A stretch of DNA of 64,000 nt from an uncultured Actinomycetes bacterium (GTDB taxonomy: Bacteria > Actinomycetota > UBA4738 > HRBIN12). The notes under the pieces were generated by a model. It made no database searches. It was not told where the DNA came from and was given only the letters and a program-made list of their open reading frames with translations. The position numbers and the translations under genes were made by a program. The stretch spans positions 115,825-179,824 of the forward strand of contig CAVZUW010000015.1 in assembly GCA_963778545.1 (NCBI GenBank), given 5' to 3'. This document shows positions 44,531 through 53,562 of the stretch, one piece after another. Positions within the stretch are counted from its first letter, which is position 1. The number at the start of each line of letters is the position of its first letter.

Positions 44531-45733
44531 GTGAACCCTCCACCGCGCCATGCGCAGCTCCACAAGGCGCCGTTCGGCTGGATGGACCTGGTGGTCGCGG
44601 TCGCGTTCGTGGTGATCGCGACCAGGTTCCACCTCCAGCCGTCCCGGTCGTTCGACCCATGGCTGCTCCTCGTCTTCTTCCCGCTGATCGTCCTCGTGCA
44701 CGAGGCGGGGCACGCCGTCGCCGCGCTGCTGGTGGGGCATCGGGTGCTCGAGGTCAAGGTCGGCGCGGGTCCGAAGGTGACCGCGTGGCACGGTCGGTGG
44801 CGTCTGGTGCTCGGGTTGTTCCCACTCGGCGGTCATGTGATGGCGGGTTCATCCGATCCTTCGGGCTACCGCGGGAAACGGCTCGCGATCACGGCCGCCG
44901 GTCCGGCGATGAACGCGTTGATGTTCGCATTCGCCCCGCTGATCGATGCGTCCTCGAGCACGCTGCGGGACTTCGCGATCGTCAACGCCTGCGTCCTCAT
45001 CTTCAACCTGTTCCCGTACAGCGTCCGAACCCCGTACGGCCCGCAGAGGACGGATGGGCTCGGACTGGTGCGCACGGTGTCCGACAGCGACTGGCAGCTC
45101 GCGGAGGAGCGGTCGGGTTTCGCGGTCGCGGGCGCGCAGCTGGCCGACCAGCGCGGGGATCGGGAGGAGGCGCGGCGCATCACCGACGAAGCGGCGGCGA
45201 TGAACCCTCGAAGCGTCGTCCTGCGCACGTGGCTGGGCTACCGTGCGATCAAGGACGAGGGCTACGCTTCGGGTCGAACGATCTTCCGGGAGCTCGTGGA
45301 CGAGGATCGACAGGTGCCGGCGGCCGGGCTCGGGCAGCGCGACGACGTGAGCCGGGGGATCCACCTGAACAACCTGGCCTGGTGCGATCTGATGCTCGAC
45401 GATCCGGCTCTCGTCGAGGAGGCGCTTTCGACCTCGGCCGCGGCGATCGACCTGCTGCCTGAGCATCCGGCCATCCGTGGGACGCGCGCGTTCGCACTGA
45501 TCCTCGGTGGGCGGCCCGGCGAGGGGATCGATCTCGGCCTCGCGGCGTACGCGAAGACCAAGGAGCCGCCCACGAAGGCGCTGCAGGCGTGCGTCCTCGC
45601 GATCGGGTACGCGCGCGACTGGCGGTTCGGTCAGGCCGCGCGATGGATCGACCTGGCGCGGAGGGCCGATCCGAGCTGCTCCCTGCTCGACCGGGCGTCG
45701 GGGGAGCTCGAAACTCTCCGGCCCGCGCGGTGA
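44531..45733 (+). CDS. Site-2-protease-like (M50) membrane metalloprotease with a C-terminal TPR-like soluble domain
   Basis: HEAGHAVAALLVGH sits in a hydrophobic helix. The second S2P motif is IFNLFPYSVRTPYGPQRTDGLGL. The C-terminal ~200 aa are helical repeats. The start is uncertain (GTG 44531 or ATG 44582). Confidence 0.6.
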   Translation: MNPPPRHAQLHKAPFGWMDLVVAVAFVVIATRFHLQPSRSFDPWLLLVFFPLIVLVHEAGHAVAALLVGHRVLEVKVGAGPKVTAWHGRWRLVLGLFPLGGHVMAGSSDPSGYRGKRLAITAAGPAMNALMFAFAPLIDASSSTLRDFAIVNACVLIFNLFPYSVRTPYGPQRTDGLGLVRTVSDSDWQLAEERSGFAVAGAQLADQRGDREEARRITDEAAAMNPRSVVLRTWLGYRAIKDEGYASGRTIFRELVDEDRQVPAAGLGQRDDVSRGIHLNNLAWCDLMLDDPALVEEALSTSAAAIDLLPEHPAIRGTRAFALILGGRPGEGIDLGLAAYAKTKEPPTKALQACVLAIGYARDWRFGQAARWIDLARRADPSCSLLDRASGELETLRPAR

Positions 45734-45755
45734 TGGTGCTGTCGCGGAGTCCGGA

Positions 45756-45761
45756 TAGAAT
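45756..45761 (+). promoter_or_regulatory. Candidate -10 hexamer TAGAAT for pup-prcB-prcA
   Basis: It lies 27 nt upstream of GTG 45789. The leader carries the GGAAGGAG SD. Confidence 0.4.
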
Positions 45762-45788
45762 CGGTCGTTCACGGGAAGGAGCTCGGCG

Positions 45789-45989
45789 GTGCCTCAAGAG
45801 CAGGAGCAGAAGAAGACCCAGAAGCGTTCCGGCGGCGGCTCGGACGACGAGGCCGGCCAGGTGACCTCCGCCTCCAAGGGCGAGAAGCTCAAGGAGGAGA
45901 TGGACGACATCCTGGACGAGATCGACTCGGTCCTGGAGGAGAACGCGGAGGAGTTCGTCAAGTCGTACGTCCAGAAGGGCGGCGAATGA
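45789..45989 (+). CDS. pup: Prokaryotic ubiquitin-like protein Pup, C-terminal GGE
   Basis: 66 aa. The sequence ends ...[37 protein letters not shown] start with an SD. Confidence 0.9.
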   Translation: MPQEQEQKKTQKRSGGGSDDEAGQVTSASKGEKLKEEMDDILDEIDSVLEENAEEFVKSYVQKGGE

Positions 45990-46795
45990 CCGAGGGTCCG
46001 CGGTTCCCGCCCGATCCCTCGGGCGGGCCGATCGGCGCGAACCCGAGCTTCGTCGATCTCGTGCGACGGAGCCGCCCCGAGACCCTCCCGGCCGCAACCG
46101 GCCTCACCCCCGACGTCGCGGGACCGCACGGGACGACGGTCGTGGCGCTGAAGTTCGCGGGCGGCGTCGTGTTCGGCGGGGACCGGCGGGCGACCGAGGG
46201 CTTCGCGATCGCCGACGAGAAGATGGAGAAGGTCTTCGCCGCGGACGACCTCTCGGTGATCGCGATCGCCGGGGCCGCCGGGCAGGCGATCGAGATCGTC
46301 AAGCTGTTCCAGCTCGAGCTCGAGCACTACGAGAAGATCACCGGCGACCGGCTCTCGCTCGAAGGCAAGGCGAACCGGCTCGCGCAGATGATCCGCGGCA
46401 ACCTGCCGATGGCGATCCAGGGGCTCGTCGTGGTGCCGCTCTTCGGTGGGTTCGACGAGCGCCGCGAGGAGGGCCGGATCTTCTACTACGACGCCACCGG
46501 CGGCCGGTGGGAGGAGGACGACTACCACTCCACGGGTTCGGGCGGCCGGCCGGCGAAGAGCTCGCTCAAGAAGCGGTGGCGCCCCGGGCTCGATCGGGAC
46601 GCCGCCCTGGAGGTCGCCGTGGAGGCCCTGGTCGACGCATCCCAGGAGGACGCGGCGACCGGTGGACCCGATCCCAACCGCGGCATCTTCCCGACGGTGA
46701 TCGTCGTGACCGCCGAGGGAGCGGAGAGCGTCGGCGGGGACGAGCTCCGCGGCGCGTACGAGCGCGTCGTCGGTCGGAGCGGGGGCGGCTCGTGA
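45986..46795 (+). CDS. prcB: 20S proteasome beta subunit
   Basis: ATGA overlap with pup. The propeptide ends at ...VAGPHG|[21 protein letters not shown]. Confidence 0.9.
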   Translation: MTEGPRFPPDPSGGPIGANPSFVDLVRRSRPETLPAATGLTPDVAGPHGTTVVALKFAGGVVFGGDRRATEGFAIADEKMEKVFAADDLSVIAIAGAAGQAIEIVKLFQLELEHYEKITGDRLSLEGKANRLAQMIRGNLPMAIQGLVVVPLFGGFDERREEGRIFYYDATGGRWEEDDYHSTGSGGRPAKSSLKKRWRPGLDRDAALEVAVEALVDASQEDAATGGPDPNRGIFPTVIVVTAEGAESVGGDELRGAYERVVGRSGGGS

Positions 46796-47478
46796 GCTTC
46801 ATGCCGTACGTGCCGCCCGAGCAGCGGATCAAGGACCTCTCGGACTTCGCGCACAAGGGGATCGCGCGCGGCAAGTCGGTGGTCGGGCTCGAGTACGCGG
46901 ACGGCGTCCTGTTCATCGCCGAGAACCCGAGCGCGACGCTGCACAAGATCAGCGAGATCTACGACCGGATCGCGTTCGCGGGCGTCGGCAAGTACAGCGA
47001 GTTCGAGGATCTTCGGATCAGCGGGGTTCGGCACGCGGACCTGCGCGGCTACTCCTACGGCCGTGACGACGTGCGTGCGCGCGACCTCGCCAACGCGTAC
47101 TCGCAGGCGCTGTCGACGATCTTCACGCAGCAGATGAAGCCCTACGAGGTCGAGATCCTGGTCGGCGAGGCCGGCGAGGACCCCGGCGGCAACGAGATCT
47201 ACCACGTGCTGTTCGACGGCACCGTCACCGACGAGCACGGCCACGTGGCGATCGGCGGGCACGCCGAGGAGCTGTCCAACGCGGTGCAGGAGGCCTACCA
47301 GTCCGGCTGGGACCTCGGCACGGCCGTTCGCGAGGCCGTCAAGGCGCTCTCGACGGCCGAGGGGCGCGAGATCGAGGCCGAGCAGGTCGAGGCGGGCGTG
47401 CTCGACCGCACGCGGCAGCAGCGACGGAAGTTCCGCCGCCTGGGCGAGGACGAGGTCGCGACGATCCTGGCCGGCTGA
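46792..47478 (+). CDS. prcA: 20S proteasome alpha subunit
   Basis: GTGA overlap with prc[36 protein letters not shown] matches the mycobacterial PrcA N-terminus. Confidence 0.9.
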   Translation: MSFMPYVPPEQRIKDLSDFAHKGIARGKSVVGLEYADGVLFIAENPSATLHKISEIYDRIAFAGVGKYSEFEDLRISGVRHADLRGYSYGRDDVRARDLANAYSQALSTIFTQQMKPYEVEILVGEAGEDPGGNEIYHVLFDGTVTDEHGHVAIGGHAEELSNAVQEAYQSGWDLGTAVREAVKALSTAEGREIEAEQVEAGVLDRTRQQRRKFRRLGEDEVATILAG

Positions 47479-47488
47479 GCCGGCGGCT

Positions 47489-47510
47489 CCCCGCCTTCGT
47501 TCGGGCGGGG
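47489..47510 (+). terminator. Small GC stem-loop between prcA and pafA
   Basis: CCCCGCC-ttcgttcg-GGCGGGG. It is immediately followed by the pafA -10. Confidence 0.3.
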
Positions 47511-47512
47511 CC

Positions 47513-47518
47513 TACACT
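47513..47518 (+). promoter_or_regulatory. -10 hexamer TACACT for a leaderless pafA transcript
   Basis: It ends 6 nt before GTG 47525. Confidence 0.45.
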
Positions 47519-47524
47519 CGACCC

Positions 47525-48883
47525 GTGGAGCGACGCATCTTCGGGCTCGAGAACGAATACGGCGTCACCTGCACGTTCCGGGGTCAGCGACGCCTCTCGC
47601 CCGACGAGGTCGCCCGCTACCTGTTCCGGCGCGTCGTGCACTGGGGACGCTCCTCGAACGTGTTCCTCGAGAACGGCGCCCGCCTGTACCTGGATGTCGG
47701 CTCGCACCCCGAGTACGCGACGCCCGAGTGTGACCAGATCTCGGACCTCGTCGCCCATGACAAGGCGGGGGAGCGGATCCTCGAGGCGCTGCTCGCCGCG
47801 GCCGAGGTCCGGTTGCACGAGGAGGGCATCAGCGGACAGGTCTACCTGTTCAAGAACAACACCGACTCGGCGGGCAACTCGTACGGGTGCCACGAGAACT
47901 ACCTCGTAGCCCGTCAGGGCGAGTTCGCGCGCATGGCCGACCTGCTGATCCCGTTCTTCGTGACGCGGCAGATCTGGTGCGGCGCGGGGAAGGTCCTGCA
48001 CGGGCCGCGTGGTGCCGTGTTCTGCATCGCCCAGCGCGCCGAGCACATCTGGGAAGGGGTCTCATCGGCGACCACGCGCTCGAGGCCGATCATCAACACG
48101 CGCGACGAACCGCATGCGGACGCCGAACGGTTCCGGAGGCTGCACGTCATCGTCGGCGACTCGAACATGTCGGAGTTCAGCTCGTGGATGAAGGTGGGCA
48201 TCACCGACCTGGTCCTTCGGATGGTCGAGGCGAACACGGTGATGCGCGACCTGTCGCTCGAGAACCCGATCCGAGCGATCCGCGAGATCAGCCACGACGT
48301 GACCTGCCGCAAGAAGGTTCGGCTGGCCAACGGGCGCGAGCTCTCGGCGATCGAGGTGCAGGAGGAGTACTACGAGCGCACCGAACGCTTCCTGGAGCGA
48401 CGTGGCCCGGATCCGCAGTCCAAGCAGCTGTTGCAGGAGTGGCGCGAGGCGCTGGACGCGTTGATCCTGCAGGAGCCGGAGCGGCTGGTCCGCAAGGTCG
48501 ACTGGGTCGCCAAGCAGAGCCTGATCGAGAGCTACCGCGAGCGCCACCAGCTGCCTCTCTCGCACCCGCGCGTCGCGCTGCTCGATCTCGCGTACCACGA
48601 CGTCAATCGCACGCGCGGCCTGTACTACGTGCTCGAACGCGCGGGCAAGATGGAGCGCGCCGTCGCGGAGAAGGAGATCCAGCGGGCGATGCGCGAGCCC
48701 CCGCAGACCACGCGGGCCAAGCTCCGCGGGGACTTCATCCGCCATGCCAAGCAGAAGCGTCGCGACTACACGGTCGATTGGGTGCACCTCAAGCTCAACG
48801 ATCAGGCTCAACGGACGGTGCTCTGCAAGGACCCGTTCCGCAGCGTGGACGAGCGCGTCGAACAGCTGATCGCCCACATGTAG
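47525..48883 (+). CDS. pafA: Pup--protein ligase
   Basis: 452 aa. [12 protein letters not shown] and [25 protein letters not shown] are present. It is shorter than Dop and sits downstream of prcA. Confidence 0.9.
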   Translation: MERRIFGLENEYGVTCTFRGQRRLSPDEVARYLFRRVVHWGRSSNVFLENGARLYLDVGSHPEYATPECDQISDLVAHDKAGERILEALLAAAEVRLHEEGISGQVYLFKNNTDSAGNSYGCHENYLVARQGEFARMADLLIPFFVTRQIWCGAGKVLHGPRGAVFCIAQRAEHIWEGVSSATTRSRPIINTRDEPHADAERFRRLHVIVGDSNMSEFSSWMKVGITDLVLRMVEANTVMRDLSLENPIRAIREISHDVTCRKKVRLANGRELSAIEVQEEYYERTERFLERRGPDPQSKQLLQEWREALDALILQEPERLVRKVDWVAKQSLIESYRERHQLPLSHPRVALLDLAYHDVNRTRGLYYVLERAGKMERAVAEKEIQRAMREPPQTTRAKLRGDFIRHAKQKRRDYTVDWVHLKLNDQAQRTVLCKDPFRSVDERVEQLIAHM

Positions 48884-48886
48884 CGT

Positions 48887-48913
48887 GGTCCATCGGCCGA
48901 GCGCCGATGGACC
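48887..48913 (+). terminator. Perfect 10-bp stem-loop 4 nt after the pafA stop
   Basis: GGTCCATCGG-ccgagcg-CCGATGGACC. There is no U-tract, as is usual for high-GC actinobacteria. Confidence 0.5.
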
Positions 48914-48940
48914 GACACGACCGCGTCGGCGGGCTAGGTC

Positions 48941-49681
48941 GTGCGTCCGATTGCGGACACGGAGCGCGGCGTGGACCATGGACGACCCATGGCCACCACG
49001 ACCGCCAGGAAACCGAAGAAGCTGACACGCGCCGATCGCGAGAACGCGCGCAAGGCCGCCGCGTCCGCGAACGCCTCCCTGGATCTGGTCCGGGCGGGGA
49101 AGATCACGCTGACCGTCGTCGTGGTCGCGATCCTGGTGCTCGCGGTGATGGTCTTCGTCCCGCGCGGGAGTTCGTTGGGTGGGCCGCTCCAGGCGAGCCG
49201 GCTCGAGAGCGCCGCGACGCTCTCGGTCGTCCCCAAGACCAAGGGCCATCCGATCACCTTCGGACTGCCGGTGCCGTGGAACGCCGGCGCCGGCATCGTC
49301 GAGCTCGAGGCGCTCGTGCCCCTCGGGGCGGACGGGGTCGAGATGGTTCGGGCCGCCGTGGTCCCGCTCGGGTCCGCGCCGCTCCCGACCGCGAAGGGCT
49401 TCCCGCCGAAGGTGGGCGTCCTCGAACCGCTCGAGGACTTCCCGATCCCGCCCGGGACCAGTGACGTCGACGGGTTCCAGATCGTGGTCGGGCTGAAGGG
49501 GGCGGGCTCCGTCCCCGCGTTCGCGCTGGTCTACCGGATGGGCGGGGCCCGCTACGTCACCGTCATCGGTCACGGCGCGATGCTGTGCGCGAAGGCGTGC
49601 GAGGACCAGGACGCGGTCGAGGCCGCGCAGCGGTCCTACCTCGCCAAGCTCTCCCCGTTCGTCGCCGGCCCCGCGCGGTAA
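48941..49681 (+). CDS. Hypothetical single-pass membrane protein
   Basis: A basic N-terminus is followed by the TM helix ITLTVVVVAILVLAVMVFV and a ~170-aa C-terminal domain. The start is uncertain (GTG 48941 or ATG 48989). No motif recognised. Confidence 0.45.
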   Translation: MRPIADTERGVDHGRPMATTTARKPKKLTRADRENARKAAASANASLDLVRAGKITLTVVVVAILVLAVMVFVPRGSSLGGPLQASRLESAATLSVVPKTKGHPITFGLPVPWNAGAGIVELEALVPLGADGVEMVRAAVVPLGSAPLPTAKGFPPKVGVLEPLEDFPIPPGTSDVDGFQIVVGLKGAGSVPAFALVYRMGGARYVTVIGHGAMLCAKACEDQDAVEAAQRSYLAKLSPFVAGPAR

Positions 49682-49685
49682 CGGT

Positions 49686-50828
49686 TCACCCTGCGGTCTC
49701 GCGCCATCCCCTCGACCGGACCGCCATCCGGCCCGCGAGGATGCCCGCGGCACCGGCCCCGAGGAAGAACGCCGGGTCGTCCGACGCGGTGCGGCCCATC
49801 GAGTCGACCTCGACCCCCGAACGGTCGAGCAAATCGAGCGCCGGCCGTCCGTCCACCTCGACCAGCTGGTGTCGCTCCTCCAGATGTCGCTCGCGCAGGG
49901 TGTTCCACACGACGTCGCGTTCGGGTCCCTCCAGGACCGGGACGGCGACGTCGGTCGCCACCCGGCACACGCTGTCCAGGATCGTGATCGAGTGGTGCGA
50001 GACGCCGCGGTGGCGTTCGCGGCCGTCGGCGAAGGAGATCCGGAGCGGCGCCACGGGTCGCCCGCCGAGCGTCTCCGCCGCGTTCAGGGCGTGGCCGCTC
50101 GCGAGCGCGCTCACGCCCCACGTCGTGTCGGTGCCGAGGTTCCCCGGTCCGTCCGCCACGATCACCACCTCCGCGCCCACGAACTCGATCGCGGCGAGCA
50201 GCCCCGTCCAGATCGTCACGGCCTCGAGCTCGCCCCCGAAGGCCTGACCGCACGTCACGAACCCGTCTAGCAGGCCGGCCGCCCGCAGGCGAGGGACGAG
50301 CTCGGAGAGCCGCCCGGGCAGCGCCGCCCCGTCGGACATCACGTAGGCGATCCGTCCGGCGCCGGCGGCGCGTGCCCCGGCGGCGATCGGGCCGATCATC
50401 GAGTGCAGGGGCGCGCACACGACCGGCCGTCCGCCCAGGCCCGCCGAACGCTCGAGGGCATCGCGATCGGTCTCCTCCACGCTCAGCACCGCCGCCTGCA
50501 ACGGCGTGTAGCGCGCCTTCACGATCCGCCCGGGATGACCGAGCTCGGTCGGGGCCTGGTCGGACACCGCCACCACGAGGTGGAACCCTCCCGTGCCGAG
50601 CGCGAGCGCGACCGCCGTGGTGTTCACGAGGACGCGATCCCCCGGTTCCACCGGCCCCACGAGCTCGGTGAACGCCACCGCGCGCTCGGGCCCGGCCTGG
50701 GTCGCCGGATCGATCGGAGCGTCCGGCTCCTCCACGTCCACGTCGAGCTCGAGCACGCCCGGACGCTCGCTCCGGACGCTCCGGACGGTCGCGTGACGTA
50801 GACGCACCCCCACGAGGTCTGGCGACAT
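49686..50828 (-). CDS. Conserved hypothetical protein, DUF3866-like
   Basis: 380 aa, soluble, containing VNTTAVALALGTGGFHLVVAV...GRIVKARYTPLQ. The family assignment is from memory only. Confidence 0.55.
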   Translation of the reverse strand: MSPDLVGVRLRHATVRSVRSERPGVLELDVDVEEPDAPIDPATQAGPERAVAFTELVGPVEPGDRVLVNTTAVALALGTGGFHLVVAVSDQAPTELGHPGRIVKARYTPLQAAVLSVEETDRDALERSAGLGGRPVVCAPLHSMIGPIAAGARAAGAGRIAYVMSDGAALPGRLSELVPRLRAAGLLDGFVTCGQAFGGELEAVTIWTGLLAAIEFVGAEVVIVADGPGNLGTDTTWGVSALASGHALNAAETLGGRPVAPLRISFADGRERHRGVSHHSITILDSVCRVATDVAVPVLEGPERDVVWNTLRERHLEERHQLVEVDGRPALDLLDRSGVEVDSMGRTASDDPAFFLGAGAAGILAGRMAVRSRGWRETAG

Positions 50829-50836
50829 GCGGGAAG

Positions 50837-50842
50837 TATGAT
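50837..50842 (+). promoter_or_regulatory. -10 hexamer TATGAT for a (near-)leaderless pafBC transcript
   Basis: It ends 9 nt before ATG 50852, with no SD. Confidence 0.4.
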
Positions 50843-50851
50843 GCCGCGGCC

Positions 50852-52777
50852 ATGCACCCGCTCGAACGGCTGGTGAACCTCGTCGCCCTGCTGCTCGAGT
50901 CCCGGACGCCGCTCACGTTCGACCAGATACGGAGCAAGCTGTCCGAGGGGTACGGCCACCAGGACGCCTCCTCCGCCAAGCGGATGTTCGAGCGCGACAA
51001 GGACGTCCTGCGCGACATCGGAGTTCCGATCGAGGTGGTCTCCACGGATGCCTGGGACGTCGAGCACGGCTACACGATCGACAAGGACCGCTACTACCTC
51101 CCCGACATCGCGTTCACGCCGGAGGAGCTGTCGGCGTTGTTCGTCGCCGTCCGTTCGGCAGGCGACGTCTCGGCCGAGGAGGCCGTCCGCAAGCTGCTCT
51201 CGGGCGCCGACCGCGGGATCCTGGCGGGCCTGGGGCCGCCGGCGCTCGGCGGCGAGACCGACCCGAACCTGTCCCGTGCCGCCGAAGCCGTCGCCGAGGG
51301 ACGCCGCGTGCGGTTCGCCTACCGGACCTCGCGCGGCGAACGCTCGGACCGCTCGGTGGACGCGTTCGGGCTGGCCGTGCGCGGCGGCCACTGGTACCTC
51401 GTCGGCCTGGACCTCGACCGCGAGGAGATCCGATCGTTCCGGCTCTCGCGGATCTCGGACGACCTCGAGATCGTGGGGGAGGGGACCGAGCCTCCCGACG
51501 GCTTCCGCGCCGCCGAGCACGTCCAGGCGGGTCCCTGGGGCCCCGGCGACGCCGAGACCACCGCCACGATCGCGTTCTCGCCCGACGTGGCGTGGTGGGC
51601 GACCAAGGGAGTCGCGAGCGCGGAGACGGTCCGGACCCGGGAGGACGGGTGGATCGAGGTGCGCGTGCCCTGGTCGCCGGGGGAAGGCCTGGTCCCGTGG
51701 ATCCTGTCGTTCGGACCCGACGCGGAGGTCGTGGAGCCCCCCGAGCTCCGATCGGAGATCCTGGGCAGGCTGGAGGCGAGATCGTTGGCTCCTGAGGACG
51801 GTGGCCGCTCCGGCGCGGCCCGCAGGGCGCCCGAGAAGGCGTCCGAACGCCTCCGTCGACTGCTCACCGTGGTCCCGTACCTGGTGCGGAACCAGGGGAC
51901 GAGGGTCGCCGAAGCCGCGGACCTGTTCGGGATGTCCGAGCCCGAACTGCTGGCCGACCTCGACCTGCTGTTCGTCTCGGGGCTTCCGCCGTACGGGCCC
52001 GGCGACCTGATCGACGTGGACATCCAGGACGGTCGCATCTGGATCGGCATGGCCGACTACTTCGCCCGGCCCCTGCGACTCACGCGGAGCGAGGCGCTCG
52101 CGATCTACCTGCGGGCCACCGTGCTGGCCGGGGCCCCGGGCCTGGAGGAGGCGCCGGCCCTGTCCTCGGCGATCGGCAAGCTGGCCGAGGCGCTCGGCCC
52201 GGAGACGCTCGGCGAGCTCCCCGAGCGGGTGGACTCGGCCGGGGACGGTCGCACCCCGGACACGCTGGGCGAGCTCCGTCGCGCGGCCGCTGACCACGAG
52301 CGTCTCCGGATCGAGTACTACGCGGCCTCGGGTGCGGAGACCACCGACCGCGAGATCGACCCCGAGGAGGTCTTCTTCGCGATCGGGAACTGGTACGTGG
52401 CCGCGTGGGACCACCGTTCGGGGTCCGAGCGCCTGTTCCGGGCGGACCGGATCCACGCCGCGGCGGCGACGGGGGAGCGGTTCGAGCCGCGGGGGCTCCG
52501 GGGCGCCGGGAGGCCCCTGTACACGCCGAAGGAGGACGACGTCCGCGTGACCGTCCGCCTGCGGCCCGAGGCCCGGTGGGTGGCCGAGTACTACGAGACC
52601 TCGCGCGAGCAGGAGTTGGGGGACGGCCGTTTGGAGGTGGAGCTCCCCGCCGGAAGGCTGGAATGGCTCGAGCGCCTCCTGCTGCGCCTGTGGCCCGACG
52701 CCGAGGTCGTCGACCCTCCCGACCTGGGCGAACGGGTCCGCGAGCTTGCCGGCAGGACCCGGCAGCGGTACGGCTAG
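50852..52777 (+). CDS. pafBC: Fused PafB-PafC: two tandem HTH-WYL-WCX transcription-activator modules in one 641-aa polypeptide
   Basis: The first half has LERLVNLVALLLESRTPLTFDQI..., WYL-type HWYLVGLDLDREEIRSFRLSRI, and ends ...ILGRLEA. The second half has ERLRRLLTVVPYLVRNQGTRVAEAADLFGMSEPELLADLDLL..., NWYVAAWDHRSGSERLFRADRI, and ends ...RVRELA. Confidence 0.85.
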   Translation: MHPLERLVNLVALLLESRTPLTFDQIRSKLSEGYGHQDASSAKRMFERDKDVLRDIGVPIEVVSTDAWDVEHGYTIDKDRYYLPDIAFTPEELSALFVAVRSAGDVSAEEAVRKLLSGADRGILAGLGPPALGGETDPNLSRAAEAVAEGRRVRFAYRTSRGERSDRSVDAFGLAVRGGHWYLVGLDLDREEIRSFRLSRISDDLEIVGEGTEPPDGFRAAEHVQAGPWGPGDAETTATIAFSPDVAWWATKGVASAETVRTREDGWIEVRVPWSPGEGLVPWILSFGPDAEVVEPPELRSEILGRLEARSLAPEDGGRSGAARRAPEKASERLRRLLTVVPYLVRNQGTRVAEAADLFGMSEPELLADLDLLFVSGLPPYGPGDLIDVDIQDGRIWIGMADYFARPLRLTRSEALAIYLRATVLAGAPGLEEAPALSSAIGKLAEALGPETLGELPERVDSAGDGRTPDTLGELRRAAADHERLRIEYYAASGAETTDREIDPEEVFFAIGNWYVAAWDHRSGSERLFRADRIHAAAATGERFEPRGLRGAGRPLYTPKEDDVRVTVRLRPEARWVAEYYETSREQELGDGRLEVELPAGRLEWLERLLLRLWPDAEVVDPPDLGERVRELAGRTRQRYG

Positions 52778-52841
52778 GGTCGTCACGGTCTCGATCCGAG
52801 GGCTCAAGCGCGGAGCGCCGTTGTCCGATATTGCGGGTGTT

Positions 52842-53207
52842 ATGACGACGATCCGAACGACATGCCCCCGCTGCGGAGAGGTCGACATGGGCCCCGAGTC
52901 GATCCTGCTGCAGGTCATGCGGGGCGGACGCGAGGGCACGTACCGCTTCGAGTGTCCCACCTGCATGGAGTCCGTCGAGAAGCGTGCGGACCGCAAGATC
53001 GTGGCGCTGCTCGTCTCGGCCGGCGTCGACGTCTCGGGACGTTCCTCCGGCGGGACCTCGGAGATGTTCGAGCCCGACATGGACCTCCCCGAGGACCCGA
53101 GGGGACCGCTTCCCCCGGGACCCGCCTTCTCGATCGACGACGTGATCGACTTCCACTTCAAGCTCGAGGACGAGCGCTACATCGAGCAGTTCCTGGCCGC
53201 GCAGTAA
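52842..53207 (+). CDS. Hypothetical zinc-ribbon protein (CPRC...CPTC) with an acidic C-terminal half
   Basis: MTTIRTTCPRCGEVDMGPESILLQVMRGGREGTYRFECPTCMESVEKRAD... totals 121 aa. The start is taken at the internal ATG. Confidence 0.5.
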   Translation: MTTIRTTCPRCGEVDMGPESILLQVMRGGREGTYRFECPTCMESVEKRADRKIVALLVSAGVDVSGRSSGGTSEMFEPDMDLPEDPRGPLPPGPAFSIDDVIDFHFKLEDERYIEQFLAAQ

Positions 53208-53243
53208 CCCGCCGGCCCGCGCCTCCGCTAGCATCGACACCCG

Positions 53244-53465
53244 ATGACCACGACCGCGCTCGTCTGGCTCGTCGTCGGGCTCCTGTCGCTCGTCGCGGTG
53301 CTCGCCGTGCTGATCGCGCTGATCCGGCACCTGTTCGTGCTCGGCCGGGCGGCGGGCCGCTTCCAGGACGAGGTCGGGCCCCTGACGCGGGAGATCGGCG
53401 AGCTGGCGGACAGCGCCTCCGGCCGGTCGCGTCGCTCGCCCCGGGACCCGAGGTCCGGTCCCTGA
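53244..53465 (+). CDS. Hypothetical 73-aa single-TM protein
   Basis: MTTTALVWLVVGLLSLVAVLAVLIALIRHLF... A TAGCAT hexamer (53229-53234) lies 9 nt upstream. Confidence 0.4.
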   Translation: MTTTALVWLVVGLLSLVAVLAVLIALIRHLFVLGRAAGRFQDEVGPLTREIGELADSASGRSRRSPRDPRSGP

Positions 53466-53562
53466 ACCGAGGCGGCAGTACGATGGCCCTCACGAGGGCC
53501 TCCCGCCCCCGGATCGCCGACCTGGAGCGTCATCTGGAGCCCCATCGGGAGCGCAGAGCGAG

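Noticed and set aside
45740-45761. TGTCGCG-N9-TAGAAT upstream of pup, considered as a second PafBC-type site.
   Set aside because: The core deviates (TGTCGCG, not TGTCGGT) and the spacing is one longer than at uvrA. I kept TAGAAT only as a plain -10 candidate.
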